DNA of 64,000 nt from Hydrolagus colliei (lineage: Eukaryota). The position numbers were made by a program, and so were the translations under genes. Below the pieces are notes generated by a model. That model saw only the letters and a program-made list of their open reading frames with translations. It was not told the DNA's origin and ran no database searches. Shown here in pieces: positions 61,821-64,000 of this stretch (its first letter is position 1; each line of letters opens with the position of its first letter). The stretch covers positions 13,020,001 through 13,084,000 of the forward strand of contig CM068749.1 of the NCBI GenBank assembly GCA_035084275.1. Direction: 5' to 3'.

Positions 61821-63922
61821 TACAATTTGTCTCTATGCAACTTCATCAATCTGATCTTTCCAAACCAGAAGTCCAATTAGCAACACATCTGATTTGTGAA
61901 TAATGCATTCTGTAACTTAAGGGTTATTTAACACCACCCCTCTCACCCCCATTTCTTCCACTGACCCTACAGATAGGTGCAGATTGAACTTAAATATTTT
62001 ATAGGACAATGAAAGCTGCTCTACATGGCTATGGAGATTATCAGTGGAGTTAAACAATTATTTAGATCTATTTAACACATCTACAACCTCCTAAAGTCCT
62101 TCAATATTTCTTCCTAGCATGTGGAATAATTATCCAAAAGTCAGATTTTTTTAACATGCCACCTGGTGTTAACATTTCTTTGTATTACTCTTTCTGCTGT
62201 CTACAATCTGCCTTTTTATTGCCCTCTTACTTCCTCTAATAATCCTTTTAGTTAACCTTAAAACCTTTTATATAAGTCTCCCTACCATCATTACTTTATG
62301 TATACTGCAGAATAGTTTTCTGTAATTTTGCAGTTCTGCTGCCTGACATCCATTATTTTCTTGCACTTTGTATGACTCATTGCTCTTCATAACCAATGGC
62401 TTCCTCACTCATGGACTCAGCTCACGCTGACAAACTGCCAGATCGTTTTCATAATGGAAACAAGGAAGGGGGAAACTACTTTTTACACATTACTGTATAT
62501 AAAACACAGGGTATTCAGACGTGTAGGAATCTAATGTTAGGTTTAGTCTTGTGACATTATTTGTCAGGCATGAATATTTCTGCCACCAACAACACAACCA
62601 ACTCAGGATCAATAATTCAACAATGTTAAAGGAAACCCATGTTCATATCTTTGACTCTTTCCTCAGAACCATATTTTACCTTTGCCAGAGTTACCTTCAT
62701 TTTAACAGAGCTCAACTGTACAGAAAATGCAATCCAGGCGAGTCTCTGCTGCGTGAACTCCCATTATATATAAAAAAAACATGTTCAGAATGCTATAGGA
62801 ATTTATTGCCGATCCCACAAAGCTTTTGATCTGCACCATCTTATTAAACTTTTATGAAAAATCAATAAGAGTTCAATCCTGTTATGGACCATACCACAAA
62901 CTTCTGTCAGCTGTGAACTCAGTTTATTGAATACATGTATTACTGTTTGTGCAGCCAATTGCCCAGGTTTGGAAACAAATAGAACTATGTGCATCTATAT
63001 ACCAGCAGACCTCAAACGGACACGGTGTACTCTGTAGTAATGATCACTTGTTGTATTAATGATCACTTTGTGTATTAAGTGATCCCTGTCTGCAGCAAAC
63101 ATTCCCCAGTTCCCGGGGTAATGATTTTAATGGGAATTGCACAGGCGCTTGTCTCAGAGAGCAAATATTGTTCAGTTGAGAGAGAGAGAGAAAGAGAGAG
63201 CATGAGAAGAACTCTCTGAAGATTAATGGCACTTTTTTGGATATAAGAACAGAGTTAAAATATGATTAAGTCTAAACAGAAATATCTGAGAGTCATGGTA
63301 CAATCAACAATAGACATGTTGAAATAATTGGTCATATTTGTACTTTGTCACTGAATTAGACAGATCAGACGCATCCCATTCCACATGCCAATTGCGACAT
63401 CCAGTTTATTAATAAAATAAGCTATATCAGCACCGGGTCACAATGAAGGCTGCCAGTAAACTGAGGAGGTAATGATATGTTGTTCAAGGCCCCAACAAAT
63501 AATGTCACAAGAGGCTTCCTCCATTAATTTACTGTATTAACAACCAGCCACGTCAAGTAAATAATTTGCCCTGCTCCTCCCCCCACCCTCCCAATGTTAC
63601 CCCAAATTAGAATTCTCCAATTCTCAGAATGTTTATCAGTTAAGCACACTTTATCTACAAATGTGAACTGCTGCAGCTTTTAGTGTGTGTAACACGTTAT
63701 CTGCTTTATGTGTAAGTGGGTAGACGCAGTATTGCAATGAGCCCCCCAAAAGTTACGAGATCACACCAGTTGATTTGGATGAAGATGCCTTTTGGCCCAC
63801 CCGATTTCATACTTCCAGAACACCCGGCTCCTTGTCCCTTACCCAAAAACCCACCCACCCACCCATCACAGCATCAAGCTGCTTTTTAAAACCTTTCCTA
63901 GCAATTATACTGATATTAAACA

Positions 63923-64000
63923 TTAATAAATAATAATAATCCTTGCATTTGCCACAGCACCTTATCACATCTTCAAAACATCTAAAAGTGCTTTACAAAA
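63923..64000 (-). mobile_element. SINE tail, running off the window end
   Basis: (aat)n-ccttgcatttg...agcaccttatcacatcttcaaaacatctaaaagtgctttaca. Similar tails lie near 42175, 45145 and 57027. Confidence 0.75.

Noticed and set aside
62550-62995. Possible CR1 reverse transcriptase remnant on the minus strand
   Set aside because: The resemblance to RT motifs is too degraded to call without a profile search.

Overview
AT-rich vertebrate genomic DNA. The repeat content (SacSINE1/Deu-type SINEs, L2 and CR1 LINE fragments, a shark-type Penelope element) points to a cartilaginous fish, possibly a chimaera; this is inference. The only host gene I can support is the 3' end of nr5a2 (LRH-1) on the + strand: three coding exons (18021-18140, 23640-23787, 47926-48173) that splice in frame into the last 171 aa of the ligand-binding domain, followed by a ~2.3 kb 3' UTR. 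Bases 1-18020 are most likely the preceding large intron, and bases after ~50.5 kb are intergenic. Nearly all other ORFs in the track are spurious or transposon debris. Best leads: (1) Trp at the position of the human LRH-1 hinge glycine G398; (2) a 2086-bp hAT element with intact TIRs/TSD, a BED-finger remnant, an 84-nt hairpin and a ~740-bp purine satellite; (3) a Penelope insertion with an inverted terminus and a decayed hammerhead ribozyme; (4) several perfect palindromes, a CCCAG-ended MITE and a 40-bp duplication bracketing the poly(A) site. I cannot claim a previously undescribed system from this sequence alone. Repeat family names and human residue numbers come from recall, not from database searches.
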